Source: an uncultured cyanobacterium (lineage in GTDB: Bacteria > Cyanobacteriota > Cyanobacteriia > PCC-9006 > JAAUQQ01). Taken from it: 64,000 nucleotides of DNA. The translations under genes and the position numbers were made by a program. The DNA lies in the NCBI GenBank assembly GCA_963718615.1, contig OY970368.1:1472001-1536000 (forward strand), read 5' to 3'. Below are positions 40,094-49,638 of this stretch, in pieces. The notes beneath the pieces were generated by a model. The model made no database searches, was not told where the DNA came from, and was given only the letters and a program-made list of their open reading frames with translations. Within the stretch, counting starts at the first letter, position 1; each line of letters begins with the position of its first letter.

Positions 40094-40966
40094 TTAGACA
40101 GTGGCGAGTTGGCGATCGCGAGGGGATGCGGAGGGGGCTTGGGCAATCGACCGACCGAGGGCCGCAGCAAGGGGACGCAGGCTTTCGATCAGGTCGGCCA
40201 TGGCTTCGAGGGACAGGGTTTGTTGGGCATCGGAAATGGCTGCGTCGGGGCGAGGGTGACATTCAATGATCAGACCATCGGCTCCAGCGGCGATCGCAGC
40301 CTTGGCCAGACCTGCCACGAGGTCACGCCGTCCGGCAGCATGGCTAGGATCAACGATGACCGGTAAATGGGTGAGCTGTTTGAGGGCGACAACGGCACCG
40401 AGGTCTAGAACATTGCGGGTGTAGGTGTCGAAGCTGCGAATCCCCCGTTCGCAAAGAACCACGTTGGGGTTGCCATGGCTGGCGATATATTCTGCGGCCA
40501 TGATGAATTCTTCCAGCGTGGCGGCAAGACCCCGCTTGAGCAAAATCGGTTTGTCGGTTTCGCCGAGGGCCTTGAGCAGGTCGAAGTTTTGCATATTGCG
40601 GCTGCCCACTTGGAGCATATCGGCGGCATCGGCGAGGGTTTCAATTTGGGAAATCGCCATGACCTCGGTGACGACCGGTAAGCCTTGGCGTTGGCGAACC
40701 TGACGGACAATCTCCAGTCCCGGTGCGCCTACACCTTGGAAGTCGTAGGGAGAGGTGCGGGGCTTATAGATACCGCCACGCAAGGCTTGAATGGGGGCGG
40801 GTTTGAGGGTTTGGGCGATTTCTTCCATGATCTCAAGGCTTTCGATCGCGCAGGGACCCGCAGCGATGAAGAGTTCTGGGCCACCGATGAGGATGCTGTC
40901 GCTGAGGGCGATCGGGGTGGTGGGGTGGGTAGGGGTGGGTTTGCTGACGAGGGGTGCGGGTTTCAT
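40094..40966 (-). CDS. aroF: DAHP synthase, type I-beta, without an N-terminal regulatory domain
   Basis: Motifs AGPCAIES, YKPRTSPYDFQG, QVGSRNMQN, LLKRG, CERGIR, DPSH; 290 aa. Confidence 0.93.
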   Translation of the reverse strand: MKPAPLVSKPTPTHPTTPIALSDSILIGGPELFIAAGPCAIESLEIMEEIAQTLKPAPIQALRGGIYKPRTSPYDFQGVGAPGLEIVRQVRQRQGLPVVTEVMAISQIETLADAADMLQVGSRNMQNFDLLKALGETDKPILLKRGLAATLEEFIMAAEYIASHGNPNVVLCERGIRSFDTYTRNVLDLGAVVALKQLTHLPVIVDPSHAAGRRDLVAGLAKAAIAAGADGLIIECHPRPDAAISDAQQTLSLEAMADLIESLRPLAAALGRSIAQAPSASPRDRQLATV

Positions 40967-41035
40967 GGTTGTGTTCTCGGTGATGGGGTAGTGGGGTGAT
41001 GGGGTGATGGAAAAACTGGGGAGGGCTGGGGCATT

Positions 41036-41063
41036 AAAAAACCGCAGCCCTTGGACTGCGGTT
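41036..41063 (-). terminator. Attenuator terminator upstream of aroF
   Basis: mRNA reads AACCGCAGTCC-AA-GGGCTGCGGTT-TTTT, ending ~70 nt before the aroF ATG. Confidence 0.85.
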
Positions 41064-41113
41064 CACCTGGAGAGTTTTGGGTATCAGCGCTTAGCGCTCA
41101 CTCCAGGTGAACC
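41060..41113 (-). promoter_or_regulatory. Antiterminator hairpin of the aroF leader
   Basis: Perfect 13-bp inverted repeat GGTTCACCTGGAG / CTCCAGGTGAACC (41101-41113 and 41060-41072). Its 3' arm overlaps the terminator 5' arm; its 5' arm lies in the last leader codons. Confidence 0.8.
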
Positions 41114-41151
41114 TCCATAAACCAAAAAAAGTAAAACTTGTTAGAAAACAT
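41098..41151 (-). CDS. Aromatic-amino-acid leader peptide MFSNKFYFFWFMEVHLE
   Basis: ATG TTT TCT AAC AAG TTT TAC TTT TTT TGG TTT ATG GAG GTT CAC CTG GAG TGA; six consecutive Phe/Tyr/Trp codons upstream of DAHP synthase. Confidence 0.82.
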   Translation of the reverse strand: MFSNKFYFFWFMEVHLE

Positions 41152-41229
41152 GATGGGTGCGGGTTTGGGTTGACTTTTCGCCAAAATGAAAATTCTTGTG
41201 CCGGGACAATCGCTAATGTCCTTGTCTGT

Positions 41230-41259
41230 AAGGTAACAACTGTTTTTGGCAATTGTCAA
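41230..41259 (-). promoter_or_regulatory. Sigma70-type promoter for the aroF leader
   Basis: TTGACA-18 nt-TACCTT with a TGn extended -10. Confidence 0.6.
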
Positions 41260-41468
41260 ACGTTTGATCGGTCTTAATTTGGGGCTAATTCACGCTAGCG
41301 CCTCAGAGTCCTTGCATGAAAGCGATTTAGCAACTCTTCAGCAAACCCTGTAGCCAAGCTCAGGGTTCTCTCATCTTTCCCTAGGACCCTGCGGCTACAT
41401 TAAAGCCATCGCATGAGAGCTATCGCATTAGCCCACCCACCCCAACCACTTGAAATCAGCTAAGACCC

Positions 41469-42182
41469 ATGGCACAACCAAAGAGTAAGTTTCTAAAATA
41501 TATCGTGATTGGCACTGTCGTTGCTGGGCTCCTCGTCCTGGCGAAGCAATTTGATCTCCAAACAGTTTTTCACAATGCTCTGCTCTGGGTCGATAGCCTC
41601 GGTGCTTGGGGGCCGATCGCCTTCATCATCATCTATAACCTCGCGACCATTTTGTTCCTGCCCGGATCGCTGCTCACCCTCGGCGGTGGCGTGCTCTTCG
41701 GCGTGGTCAAAGGTTCCCTCTACGTTTTTATGGCTGCCCTCGTTGGAGCCACCCTCGCCTTTTTGATTGGTCGCTACGTGGCGCGGGGCTGGGTCTCGGG
41801 CAAGATTGCCGGGAATCAGAAATTTCGGGTGATTGATGAGGCGATCGCCAAAGAAGGTTTCAAAATCGTTCTCCTCACCCGCCTTTCCCCCATCTTCCCC
41901 TTCAACTTGCTCAACTATGCCCTCGGCCTTACCCAGGTTTCTCTCAAGGATTATGTCCTGGGGTCCTTGGGGATGCTACCGGGAACGATTATGTATGTTT
42001 ATATCGGTTCCTTAGCCGGTAGCCTTGCCACGATTGGCATGGAAACCATCGATCCCCAAACGGCACGCATCCAGTGGATTATCCGCATCGTCGGTTTTAT
42101 CGCCACCGTCGCTGTTACCCTCTACGTCACCAAAGTTGCCAAAAAAGCCCTAGACAACTCGGTTGAAAATGCAACCTTATAA
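41469..42182 (+). CDS. TVP38/TMEM64 (DedA/SNARE-associated) membrane protein
   Basis: Motifs LPGSLLTLGGG and LTRLSPIFPFNLLNY. Confidence 0.9.
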   Translation: MAQPKSKFLKYIVIGTVVAGLLVLAKQFDLQTVFHNALLWVDSLGAWGPIAFIIIYNLATILFLPGSLLTLGGGVLFGVVKGSLYVFMAALVGATLAFLIGRYVARGWVSGKIAGNQKFRVIDEAIAKEGFKIVLLTRLSPIFPFNLLNYALGLTQVSLKDYVLGSLGMLPGTIMYVYIGSLAGSLATIGMETIDPQTARIQWIIRIVGFIATVAVTLYVTKVAKKALDNSVENATL

Positions 42183-42289
42183 GCCAATTCAGCAATTTGT
42201 AGGTTATTAAATTCATGATCCTTAGCTAATGATTTGAACCGAAAACCCTCTGCCTACTTTTCCACTCCCCTTTATCCCAAAACATTCCC

Positions 42290-43846
42290 ATGAGCCAGTC
42301 CTACGCCTTCCAATCCCCCGTCGAGTTCCCCCCCTACGATCAATACAATCAGGAACTCATCTCCCACGTTCATCCCCCCAATTGGACCAACCCGCAACCC
42401 GCTAAAATCTATGATTTAGTTGTGATTGGAGCAGGCACCGCTGGCCTAGTTGTTGCCGCTGGAGCTGCTGGTTTAAACCTGGGTCTTAAGATTGCGCTAG
42501 TTGAAAAACATTTGATGGGGGGAGACTGCTTAAATGTGGGTTGTGTTCCTTCCAAATGCGTGATTCGTTCCTCCCGCGTTGCTGCCGATATGCGCAATTC
42601 TCTGCCCTATGGCATTAAACCTCCAGCCCATGTGGACGTCGATTTTGCAGCGGTGATGGAACGGATGCGGAAGCTACGGGCAGGCATTAGCCACCACGAT
42701 TCTGCTAAACGGTTTCAAAACTTAGGAATTGATGTTTTCCTGGGTAATGCTCAGTTTACGGCAGAGGGGCAAGTGCGTGTGGGCGATCGCAATCTCTCCT
42801 ACAAAAAAGCCGTTATCGCCACTGGAGCAAGAGCGGTTCGTCCCTCGGTACCGGGACTGGCAGATGCCGGATTTTTAACCAATGAAACGGTCTTTTCCTT
42901 GACTGAGTTACCCAAACGAATGGCCGTAATTGGCGGCGGCCCCATTGGTTGCGAATTGGCCCAAGCATTTCATCGGCTAGGTTCCCAGGTAACACTAATC
43001 CATAAAAATAGTCATTTGCTCGACAAAGAAGACGCCGATGCCGCTGAAATCGTCCAAAACCAGCTTAAAAAAGATGGCCTAGAATTTGTCCTAGGCGCAA
43101 AGCTAACGCGAGTCGAAACCACCACCGCAGGTAAGGTACTTTACTACGATTTAGGTCATGGTAATACAGGGTCAGTGATGGTCGATGAAATTTTAGTGGG
43201 TGCGGGTCGTCAACCCAATGTGGATGGTTTGGGGCTAGAAACCGTAGGTGTTGAATACGATCGCCGCAAAGGAGTTAAAGTCAACGATTATCTGCAAACT
43301 ACCAATCCCAAAATCTTTGCAGCGGGCGACATTTGCATGGATTGGAAGTTCACCCATGCTGCCGATGCAGCGGCTCGAATTGTCATCAAAAATACGCTAT
43401 TTTCCCCCTTCGGCATGAGTAAATCTAAGCTCAGTAGTCTAACTATGCCCTGGGTCACCTTTACCACTCCTGAAATCGCCCATGTAGGGATGTACGAGCA
43501 AGAGGCCAAACAGCAGGGCATTGAATACGAAACCATTCATATTCCCATGAGTGGGGTGGATCGGGCGATCGCCGACGGAGAAACCGAAGGCTTCCTCAAA
43601 ATCCTGCACCCCAAAGGGTCTGATAAAATTCTAGGAGCCACGATTGTGGCAGACCATGCTGGGGAAATGATTAGTGAAATTACGACGGCGATCGTCACCA
43701 AACAGGGGTTGAAAAAACTATCAGGTGTTATCCATCCCTATCCCACCCAAGCAGAAGTTATTAAGAAAGCAGCAGATGCCTATCGTAGAAAGCTGCTAAC
43801 ACCGACCAATCAGACGCTACTCAAGTTTTTGAGTCGTCTTTCTTAA
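42290..43846 (+). CDS. FAD-dependent pyridine nucleotide-disulfide oxidoreductase (MerA/LPD-like)
   Basis: Motifs GAGTAG, GGDCLNVGCVPSK, GGGPIG, IHPYPT; no C-terminal Cys-Cys pair. Confidence 0.88.
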   Translation: MSQSYAFQSPVEFPPYDQYNQELISHVHPPNWTNPQPAKIYDLVVIGAGTAGLVVAAGAAGLNLGLKIALVEKHLMGGDCLNVGCVPSKCVIRSSRVAADMRNSLPYGIKPPAHVDVDFAAVMERMRKLRAGISHHDSAKRFQNLGIDVFLGNAQFTAEGQVRVGDRNLSYKKAVIATGARAVRPSVPGLADAGFLTNETVFSLTELPKRMAVIGGGPIGCELAQAFHRLGSQVTLIHKNSHLLDKEDADAAEIVQNQLKKDGLEFVLGAKLTRVETTTAGKVLYYDLGHGNTGSVMVDEILVGAGRQPNVDGLGLETVGVEYDRRKGVKVNDYLQTTNPKIFAAGDICMDWKFTHAADAAARIVIKNTLFSPFGMSKSKLSSLTMPWVTFTTPEIAHVGMYEQEAKQQGIEYETIHIPMSGVDRAIADGETEGFLKILHPKGSDKILGATIVADHAGEMISEITTAIVTKQGLKKLSGVIHPYPTQAEVIKKAADAYRRKLLTPTNQTLLKFLSRLS

Positions 43847-43986
43847 CCAGTAGGTTGCGAGGGCGATCGCCCACTGGGCATAGCGAGGAATCGCCTCCGC
43901 ATCGTCATAATACCGCGAGAGGGGCGAAAACAAGCCACAATGGTCAACGAGAGGAACTTGATATGTTGTGATTTCTGCGTTGTGAT

Positions 43987-44265
43987 ATGCGTTGTGAACT
44001 GTGCGATCGCGATTGTCCCCAGCTAACCGTTCATCATCTGATTCCGCGCCAATATGCTAGACGCAAAAATCTTGAAATAGGCCCCACAATTGACCTTTGC
44101 GCCCCTTGCCACAAACAGATCCATACACTGTTTGATAACAAACGTCTGGCACAAGAACTCAATTCCATCGAGCGGCTGCGAGCAACCCCCGAGCTAGATA
44201 AATTTCTCGGCTGGATTCGCAAACAAGACCCCGCGAAGCAGGTGCGCGCCTATCGTCATCGTTAA
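43987..44265 (+). CDS. Small HNH endonuclease-family protein
   Basis: Motifs CELC...HHLIP...CAPCHKQIH. Confidence 0.8.
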   Translation: MRCELCDRDCPQLTVHHLIPRQYARRKNLEIGPTIDLCAPCHKQIHTLFDNKRLAQELNSIERLRATPELDKFLGWIRKQDPAKQVRAYRHR

Positions 44266-44414
44266 GCCCTCTCCGCATTCCCCCGCAGTTCAAACCGTTG
44301 CCCCAGTCAACTCCGGCAAAAACCCTGAGACCATCGCCAAAATCACCGGGCAATCTAAGCCTAACCTCTGGAAACGCGCCAGAGCCATGACCCAGCATCG
44401 GGGTTAACTCAGGG

Positions 44415-45620
44415 ATGAAACGGACGACCTTTGCACTCATTGCGCTCTCCGGGCTTCTGGGTGCTGGCAGTGCTGCGGGGGCGGTTGGCTATACTCAGCT
44501 TAAAACCGCTCTCCTGCGCCACACCCCATTTTGGGCAAAGCCTCAGCCTGCGATTCCTCACACCTTGGCGGGGCTTGATCTGAGCCAATGGCCTCGACAT
44601 TGCCGAGACCTGCGTCGAGATTTACGTCGAGACCTACACCAAAATTTACGTTTACGCCGAAATCTACGCCGAGAAGCACAGAACAACGCTTCTGCCGCTT
44701 TTAATGCCTCCAACCTCTCCAACCTCTCCAACCTCTCCAACCTCTCCAACCACTCTGCGGGGCCGGTCCAAATTACCTATCAACCCCGCCCCATCCAACC
44801 CTTTGTGGCCCCAGCCTGGAAATTGCGATGGCAGGGTACAACCCTAGCCATTCCAGCAGCCCCCTATCATGAACTGACACTGCTGCGTCGCTCTTCCCAT
44901 GACTTTACCCTAGCCCTGCGGACTGCGGGATCTGACCCAGTTCAAGTTGTCTTAACAACCTTAACCCCCAACCCCACTCCCCCCCCTCTATTGGCCAGTG
45001 CTGCCCTCGCCGGGTTAGCCTCCGAACCCCAGTCAGCCCGTCGAACGCGATCGCCTCAACAACAGGAAAAAAAACAACAGCGCCAAGAGGAACGCTTAGC
45101 GCAGCAACTCTTTGGCGATCGCCTCTCCCAAACCCAGCTCCTCGACCTGGCCTATCACCATCGCCCCGAAGATTTAGACTGTACGCCCGAACAATGGAGC
45201 CATGACATTCCCTTGGCGATCGCCCTAGAAACCAAACGTCAGGAAAAGCCAACACTGATCGCCGCCTATCCCAGCGTGGGCGATCGCCCCGGTCGCGTTC
45301 TCCACCATCGTCGCTGGATCGCCGCTACAACTTTCAGCGAATGGCAAATTCAACTCACCGATCCCAACCGCCCTGCCGAATTGTGGATTTCTTTACCCGA
45401 CACCCATCCCAGTGCTGCGGTAGGATTAGGAGTGGGTCAAGAGAATTGGTGGGAAGCACCCCATCGGCCTAGTTGGCTCGATGCCCTTGAAGGGGTTCTC
45501 GCAAATCCAGCCTCAGCCTCGGCTGAAGATTGGCAGCGGCTGACCGTCAGCTTGCAACAGGCCCACATGAGTCCGCAAAGTTTGGCCGCAGTGCGGGCGA
45601 TCGCCACAAAACAGCCCTAA
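44415..45620 (+). CDS. Hypothetical exported protein with internal tandem repeats
   Basis: Signal-like N-terminus; RRDL and SNL repeats; HIP1 sites present. Confidence 0.6.
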   Translation: MKRTTFALIALSGLLGAGSAAGAVGYTQLKTALLRHTPFWAKPQPAIPHTLAGLDLSQWPRHCRDLRRDLRRDLHQNLRLRRNLRREAQNNASAAFNASNLSNLSNLSNLSNHSAGPVQITYQPRPIQPFVAPAWKLRWQGTTLAIPAAPYHELTLLRRSSHDFTLALRTAGSDPVQVVLTTLTPNPTPPPLLASAALAGLASEPQSARRTRSPQQQEKKQQRQEERLAQQLFGDRLSQTQLLDLAYHHRPEDLDCTPEQWSHDIPLAIALETKRQEKPTLIAAYPSVGDRPGRVLHHRRWIAATTFSEWQIQLTDPNRPAELWISLPDTHPSAAVGLGVGQENWWEAPHRPSWLDALEGVLANPASASAEDWQRLTVSLQQAHMSPQSLAAVRAIATKQP

Positions 45621-45889
45621 ACGGTCTCGCCACCCCTCAACGGTTCAGTCGAACCGAACCGCGATCGCGCGGAAATCCGTCGGGCACTCTGCCCGACAAT
45701 GTGAACAATATTGAAATAATATAAATAGTGCTCAACAGAGTGCTCGACAACCGGGTACTCGACAACCGGGACGCCAGCCCACGCTGTCTCCAGGGATTTG
45801 GGAATTCACAGAAAATCGCCCAGAATCCGCTCTGAGTAACGCTTGAAGGTGGTCATCAACGGTAGTAATACTTTTAGTCAAAGACAATC

Positions 45890-47974
45890 ATGAAAGACCT
45901 GACTCGTTATCGCAATATTGGCATCTTTGCTCACGTGGACGCGGGCAAAACGACCACCACGGAGCGGATCCTCAAGCTGACCGGCAAAATCCACAAAATC
46001 GGCGAAGTCCACGAAGGCGCAGCGACCACCGACTTCATGGAGCAGGAACAAGAGCGCGGGATCACGATTCAATCCGCTGCCACCTCCTGCTTTTGGAAGG
46101 AGCACCAGCTCAACATCATCGACACCCCTGGACACGTGGACTTCACTATTGAGGTTTACCGTTCGCTCAAGGTTCTAGACGGGGGGGTCGGGGTGTTCTG
46201 CGCCTCGGGTGGTGTGGAGCCCCAATCCGAGACCAACTGGCGCTATGCCAACGACTCGAAGGTCGCTCGGATTATCTATGTCAATAAGCTGGACCGAATG
46301 GGGGCAGACTTCTTCCGGGTTGCCAAACAGGTCAAAGAGGTTTTGGGTGCAACCCCGCTAATTATGACGCTGCCGATGGGCAGCGAGACTGATTTCGTCG
46401 GTGTGGTGGATCTGCTCACCGAGAAAGCCTGGATTTGGGACGAATCGGGTGATCCGATGAACTACACCATCCAGGAAGTTCCAGCGGACATGAAAGAAGA
46501 TGTCGCCACCTACCGCGAGGCGCTGATCGAGACTGCTGTCGAGCAGGATGATGAGCTGATGGAGAAGTATCTGGAGGGCGAAGAAATCGCCATTGAAGAT
46601 CTCAAGCGTTGTATCCGTAAGGGCACTCGCGATCTGGCATTCTTCCCCACCTATTGTGGCTCTTCGTTTAAGAACAAGGGCGTACAGTTGGTGCTGGATG
46701 CGGTGGTGGACTATCTGCCGAACCCGATGGAAGTCAAGCCCCAGCCGGAAACCGATCTAGAGGGTAACGAAACGGGCAAATTTGCCATCGTTGACCCGGA
46801 GAAGCCGCTGCGGGCGTTGGCGTTCAAGATTATGGACGATCGCTTTGGTGCCCTGACCTTTACGCGGATCTACTCCGGCACCCTCAACAAGGGCGACACC
46901 ATTCTCAATACCGCCACGGGCAAAACCGAGCGAATTGGCCGTTTGGTGGAAATGCATGCGGACTCCCGCGAGGAAATCGACTCTGCCCAGGCCGGGGACA
47001 TCATCGCCATCGTGGGTATGAAGAATGTCCAGACAGGTCATACCCTCTGTGATCCCAAGAACCCGGCGACCCTAGAACCCATGGTTTTCCCGGATCCGGT
47101 GATCTCCATCGCCATCGCCCCGAAGAAAAAGGGCGCGGACGAGAAAATGGGCATGGCCCTTAGCAAGATGGTCCAAGAAGATCCCTCGTTCCATGTGGAA
47201 ACCGACCAGGAAAGTGGTCAAACCATCATCAAGGGTATGGGCGAACTGCACTTAGACATCAAAGTGGACATCCTCAAGCGGACCCACGGGGTGGAAGTGG
47301 AAGTGGGCAAGCCTCAGGTGGCCTATCGGGAGTCGATTACCAAGGCCATCCAAGATACCTACGTCCACAAGAAGCAGTCTGGGGGTTCAGGTCAGTACGC
47401 CAAGATTGACTACACAATCGAGCCCGGTGAGACCGGCAGCGGCTTCCTGTTCGAATCAAAGGTTACGGGCGGCAATGTGCCTCGGGAATATTGGCCTGCG
47501 GTTCAAAAGGGCTTCGAAAACAGCATCGACAAGGGCGTTTTGGCGGGATTCCCCTGCGTAGATCTCAAGATTACGCTCTCCGATGGGGGCTTCCACCCGG
47601 TGGACTCCTCAGCGATCGCCTTCGAAATCGCAGCCCGAGCGGGCTATCGCCAAACCCTACCCAAGGCGGCTCCCCAAATCCTAGAGCCGATCATGAAGGT
47701 GGACGTGTTCACGCCCGATGACTACATGGGCGATGTCATTGGTGACCTCAACCGTCGTCGCGGCATGATCAAGTCCCAGGATGCAGGCGTCATTGGCGTG
47801 CGCATCAAGGCAGATGTGCCCTTGAGCGAAATGTTTGGCTATATCGGTGACCTGCGGACGATGACCTCCGGTCGGGGCCAGTTCTCCATGGAGTTCTCTC
47901 ACTATGCCCCTTGCCCCAGCAACGTGGCCGAAGAGGTGATTAAGGAAGCCAAGGAACGCCAAGCCGCCGGTTAA
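45890..47974 (+). CDS. fusA: Elongation factor G (additional copy outside the str operon)
   Basis: Motifs [39 protein letters not shown]; no rpsL/rpsG/tuf neighbours. Confidence 0.96.
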   Translation: MKDLTRYRNIGIFAHVDAGKTTTTERILKLTGKIHKIGEVHEGAATTDFMEQEQERGITIQSAATSCFWKEHQLNIIDTPGHVDFTIEVYRSLKVLDGGVGVFCASGGVEPQSETNWRYANDSKVARIIYVNKLDRMGADFFRVAKQVKEVLGATPLIMTLPMGSETDFVGVVDLLTEKAWIWDESGDPMNYTIQEVPADMKEDVATYREALIETAVEQDDELMEKYLEGEEIAIEDLKRCIRKGTRDLAFFPTYCGSSFKNKGVQLVLDAVVDYLPNPMEVKPQPETDLEGNETGKFAIVDPEKPLRALAFKIMDDRFGALTFTRIYSGTLNKGDTILNTATGKTERIGRLVEMHADSREEIDSAQAGDIIAIVGMKNVQTGHTLCDPKNPATLEPMVFPDPVISIAIAPKKKGADEKMGMALSKMVQEDPSFHVETDQESGQTIIKGMGELHLDIKVDILKRTHGVEVEVGKPQVAYRESITKAIQDTYVHKKQSGGSGQYAKIDYTIEPGETGSGFLFESKVTGGNVPREYWPAVQKGFENSIDKGVLAGFPCVDLKITLSDGGFHPVDSSAIAFEIAARAGYRQTLPKAAPQILEPIMKVDVFTPDDYMGDVIGDLNRRRGMIKSQDAGVIGVRIKADVPLSEMFGYIGDLRTMTSGRGQFSMEFSHYAPCPSNVAEEVIKEAKERQAAG

Positions 47975-48008
47975 TTCCCAACGCCCATTACAAAACCCCA
48001 CAAAACCC

Positions 48009-48079
48009 GTAGGGACGAACCGCGTTCGTCCTTGCGGTTTGCTAGGCCCCAGCCGGGACGAACGGCTGTTCGTCCCTAC
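48009..48079. repeat. Inverted REP doublet between the convergent fusA and gamma-CA genes
   Basis: GTAG-GGACGAAC-cgc-GTTCGTCC ... GGGACGAAC-ggct-GTTCGTCC-CTAC. Confidence 0.7.
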
Positions 48080-48630
48080 AGTTGTGGGATTTGGTCTACA
48101 AACCCTAGGGATTCGCCTTTTCCGGCATGGGCGATCGCTAGGGTTTCGTACTTGCGGGCATGTTCAATTAATTCTGCGGCTTCTGTTTCCGAGAGGGATT
48201 TTTTCACCTGGCCAGGAATGCCAAGGACAAGCGATCGCGGCGGTACATCCTTCGTCACCACGGTACCTGCCCCCAAAATACTACCCGCACCCACCCGGAC
48301 TCCATTGAGAACGATCGCCCCAATTCCCACCAAGACGCCCCGTTCAATATGGGCCGAATGAATCACCGCCCGATGGCCCACGGTCACATAATCTTCCAAC
48401 ACCGTCGGCACCCCCGGATCGCAGTGCAAAATCGCCCCATCCTGGACATTGCTATGGGCACCGACCGTAATTTTTTCTAAATCTCCACGAATGACGGCCC
48501 CCGGCCACACACTCACCCCAGTTTCCAGAACCACACAGCCCATCACCGTTGCAGCCGGTGAAACATAGGCAGCAGCAGCCAGATCCGGCTCAGGCCAAAG
48601 GGACATTGTCAAAGCTCCAGATTCCATCAA
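48076..48630 (-). CDS. Gamma-carbonic-anhydrase-family hexapeptide protein
   Basis: Motifs IRGD, NVQDGAILH, TVGHRAVIH; start may be 48606. Confidence 0.9.
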   Translation of the reverse strand: MMESGALTMSLWPEPDLAAAAYVSPAATVMGCVVLETGVSVWPGAVIRGDLEKITVGAHSNVQDGAILHCDPGVPTVLEDYVTVGHRAVIHSAHIERGVLVGIGAIVLNGVRVGAGSILGAGTVVTKDVPPRSLVLGIPGQVKKSLSETEAAELIEHARKYETLAIAHAGKGESLGFVDQIPQL

Positions 48631-48687
48631 TATTGGGGCTCATCTATAATAGATTTCATCTGCCCCTAAGGAGTGACACGGTACCCG

Positions 48688-49197
48688 ATGTTCGACTCGA
48701 TTTCCCAGTTCCCGATTTTTGGTCCGGAAATTCGATGTCCCCATTGTCGGCAAGTAATTCCGGCACTGACGCTTACGGATACGTACCTTTGCCCGCGCCA
48801 TGGGGCCTTTGAAGCGGACCCCAAGACAGAGGATTTGGTGCATTTGCAGTCCGGTCGGCATTGGCGGCTGTGGGAGGAAGAATGGTATCGCCAACATACC
48901 CATGCCGATGGGATTCGGTTTGAAATCCATGAAGCGCTCGATCGCCTCTATACCCAAGGTTTTCGGGCCACTCGGGTGATTATTGCCGAGCGCTACGAAA
49001 GCCTGATTAGCTCCTACTTTCAGCGCAGTACCCCCTGGCAAGGTCATCACGAGGATAAATCTCCCCGACTCTATGGATTGCCGGTGGAATTTAGTCCAGC
49101 TGCCGAGGACAACCCCTGTTGGGGCGTGATTAATTTTGATTTAGAAAAAGAACCGGGTGTCCCGGTTCACTATCGCTACTTTCGCTTGTCCGAATAA
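48688..49197 (+). CDS. TIGR02652-family conserved cyanobacterial protein
   Basis: PIFGPEIRCPHCRQVIPALTLTDTYLCPRHGAFEADP. Confidence 0.85.
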   Translation: MFDSISQFPIFGPEIRCPHCRQVIPALTLTDTYLCPRHGAFEADPKTEDLVHLQSGRHWRLWEEEWYRQHTHADGIRFEIHEALDRLYTQGFRATRVIIAERYESLISSYFQRSTPWQGHHEDKSPRLYGLPVEFSPAAEDNPCWGVINFDLEKEPGVPVHYRYFRLSE

Positions 49198-49206
49198 GTA
49201 CGGCCC

Positions 49207-49638
49207 ATGCACCACGCCTCTATCCGGACTGCCGATATTCACCGGGCGATCGCCTTCTACGGATTGCTAGGGTTCGAGCTGGAGGTGCAGTTTACTACGG
49301 GCTACACCTTGGCCTGCTGGATGACGGGGCTCGGGGGGCGGATTGAACTGATTCAGATTCCTCAGCCGGCTCCAACGCCGGATGCCTTTGGGGATGAACA
49401 TTACACGGGCTACTATCATTTGTCCTTTGACCTCACCCCCCAAACCCACAGTCTGCCCGTCTGGTTGAAAACCGTGCAAAAGCGGTTTACCGATGCTACC
49501 GAGACCCTGCCGCCGTTGGCGGTTTTGCTAGCGCCCCAACAGCAAATGATTGGCGATCGCCTCTACGAAGTCACCTTCATCGCCGATGCCGATGGCCTGC
49601 CGCTGGAGTTTATCCGGGAACTGGACCATGGTGGATAA
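49207..49638 (+). CDS. VOC/glyoxalase-family protein
   Basis: Motifs MHHASIRT, GYYHLSF, DADGLPLEF. Confidence 0.85.
   Translation: MHHASIRTADIHRAIAFYGLLGFELEVQFTTGYTLACWMTGLGGRIELIQIPQPAPTPDAFGDEHYTGYYHLSFDLTPQTHSLPVWLKTVQKRFTDATETLPPLAVLLAPQQQMIGDRLYEVTFIADADGLPLEFIRELDHGG

Noticed and set aside
42290-43846. True mercuric reductase (merA)
   Set aside because: No C-terminal Cys-Cys pair, no N-terminal metal-binding domain and no mer genes nearby.
43987-44265. HNH as a mobile homing element or defence nuclease
   Set aside because: It is a small stand-alone protein with HIP1 and host-like composition, and has no intron, repeats or partner genes.
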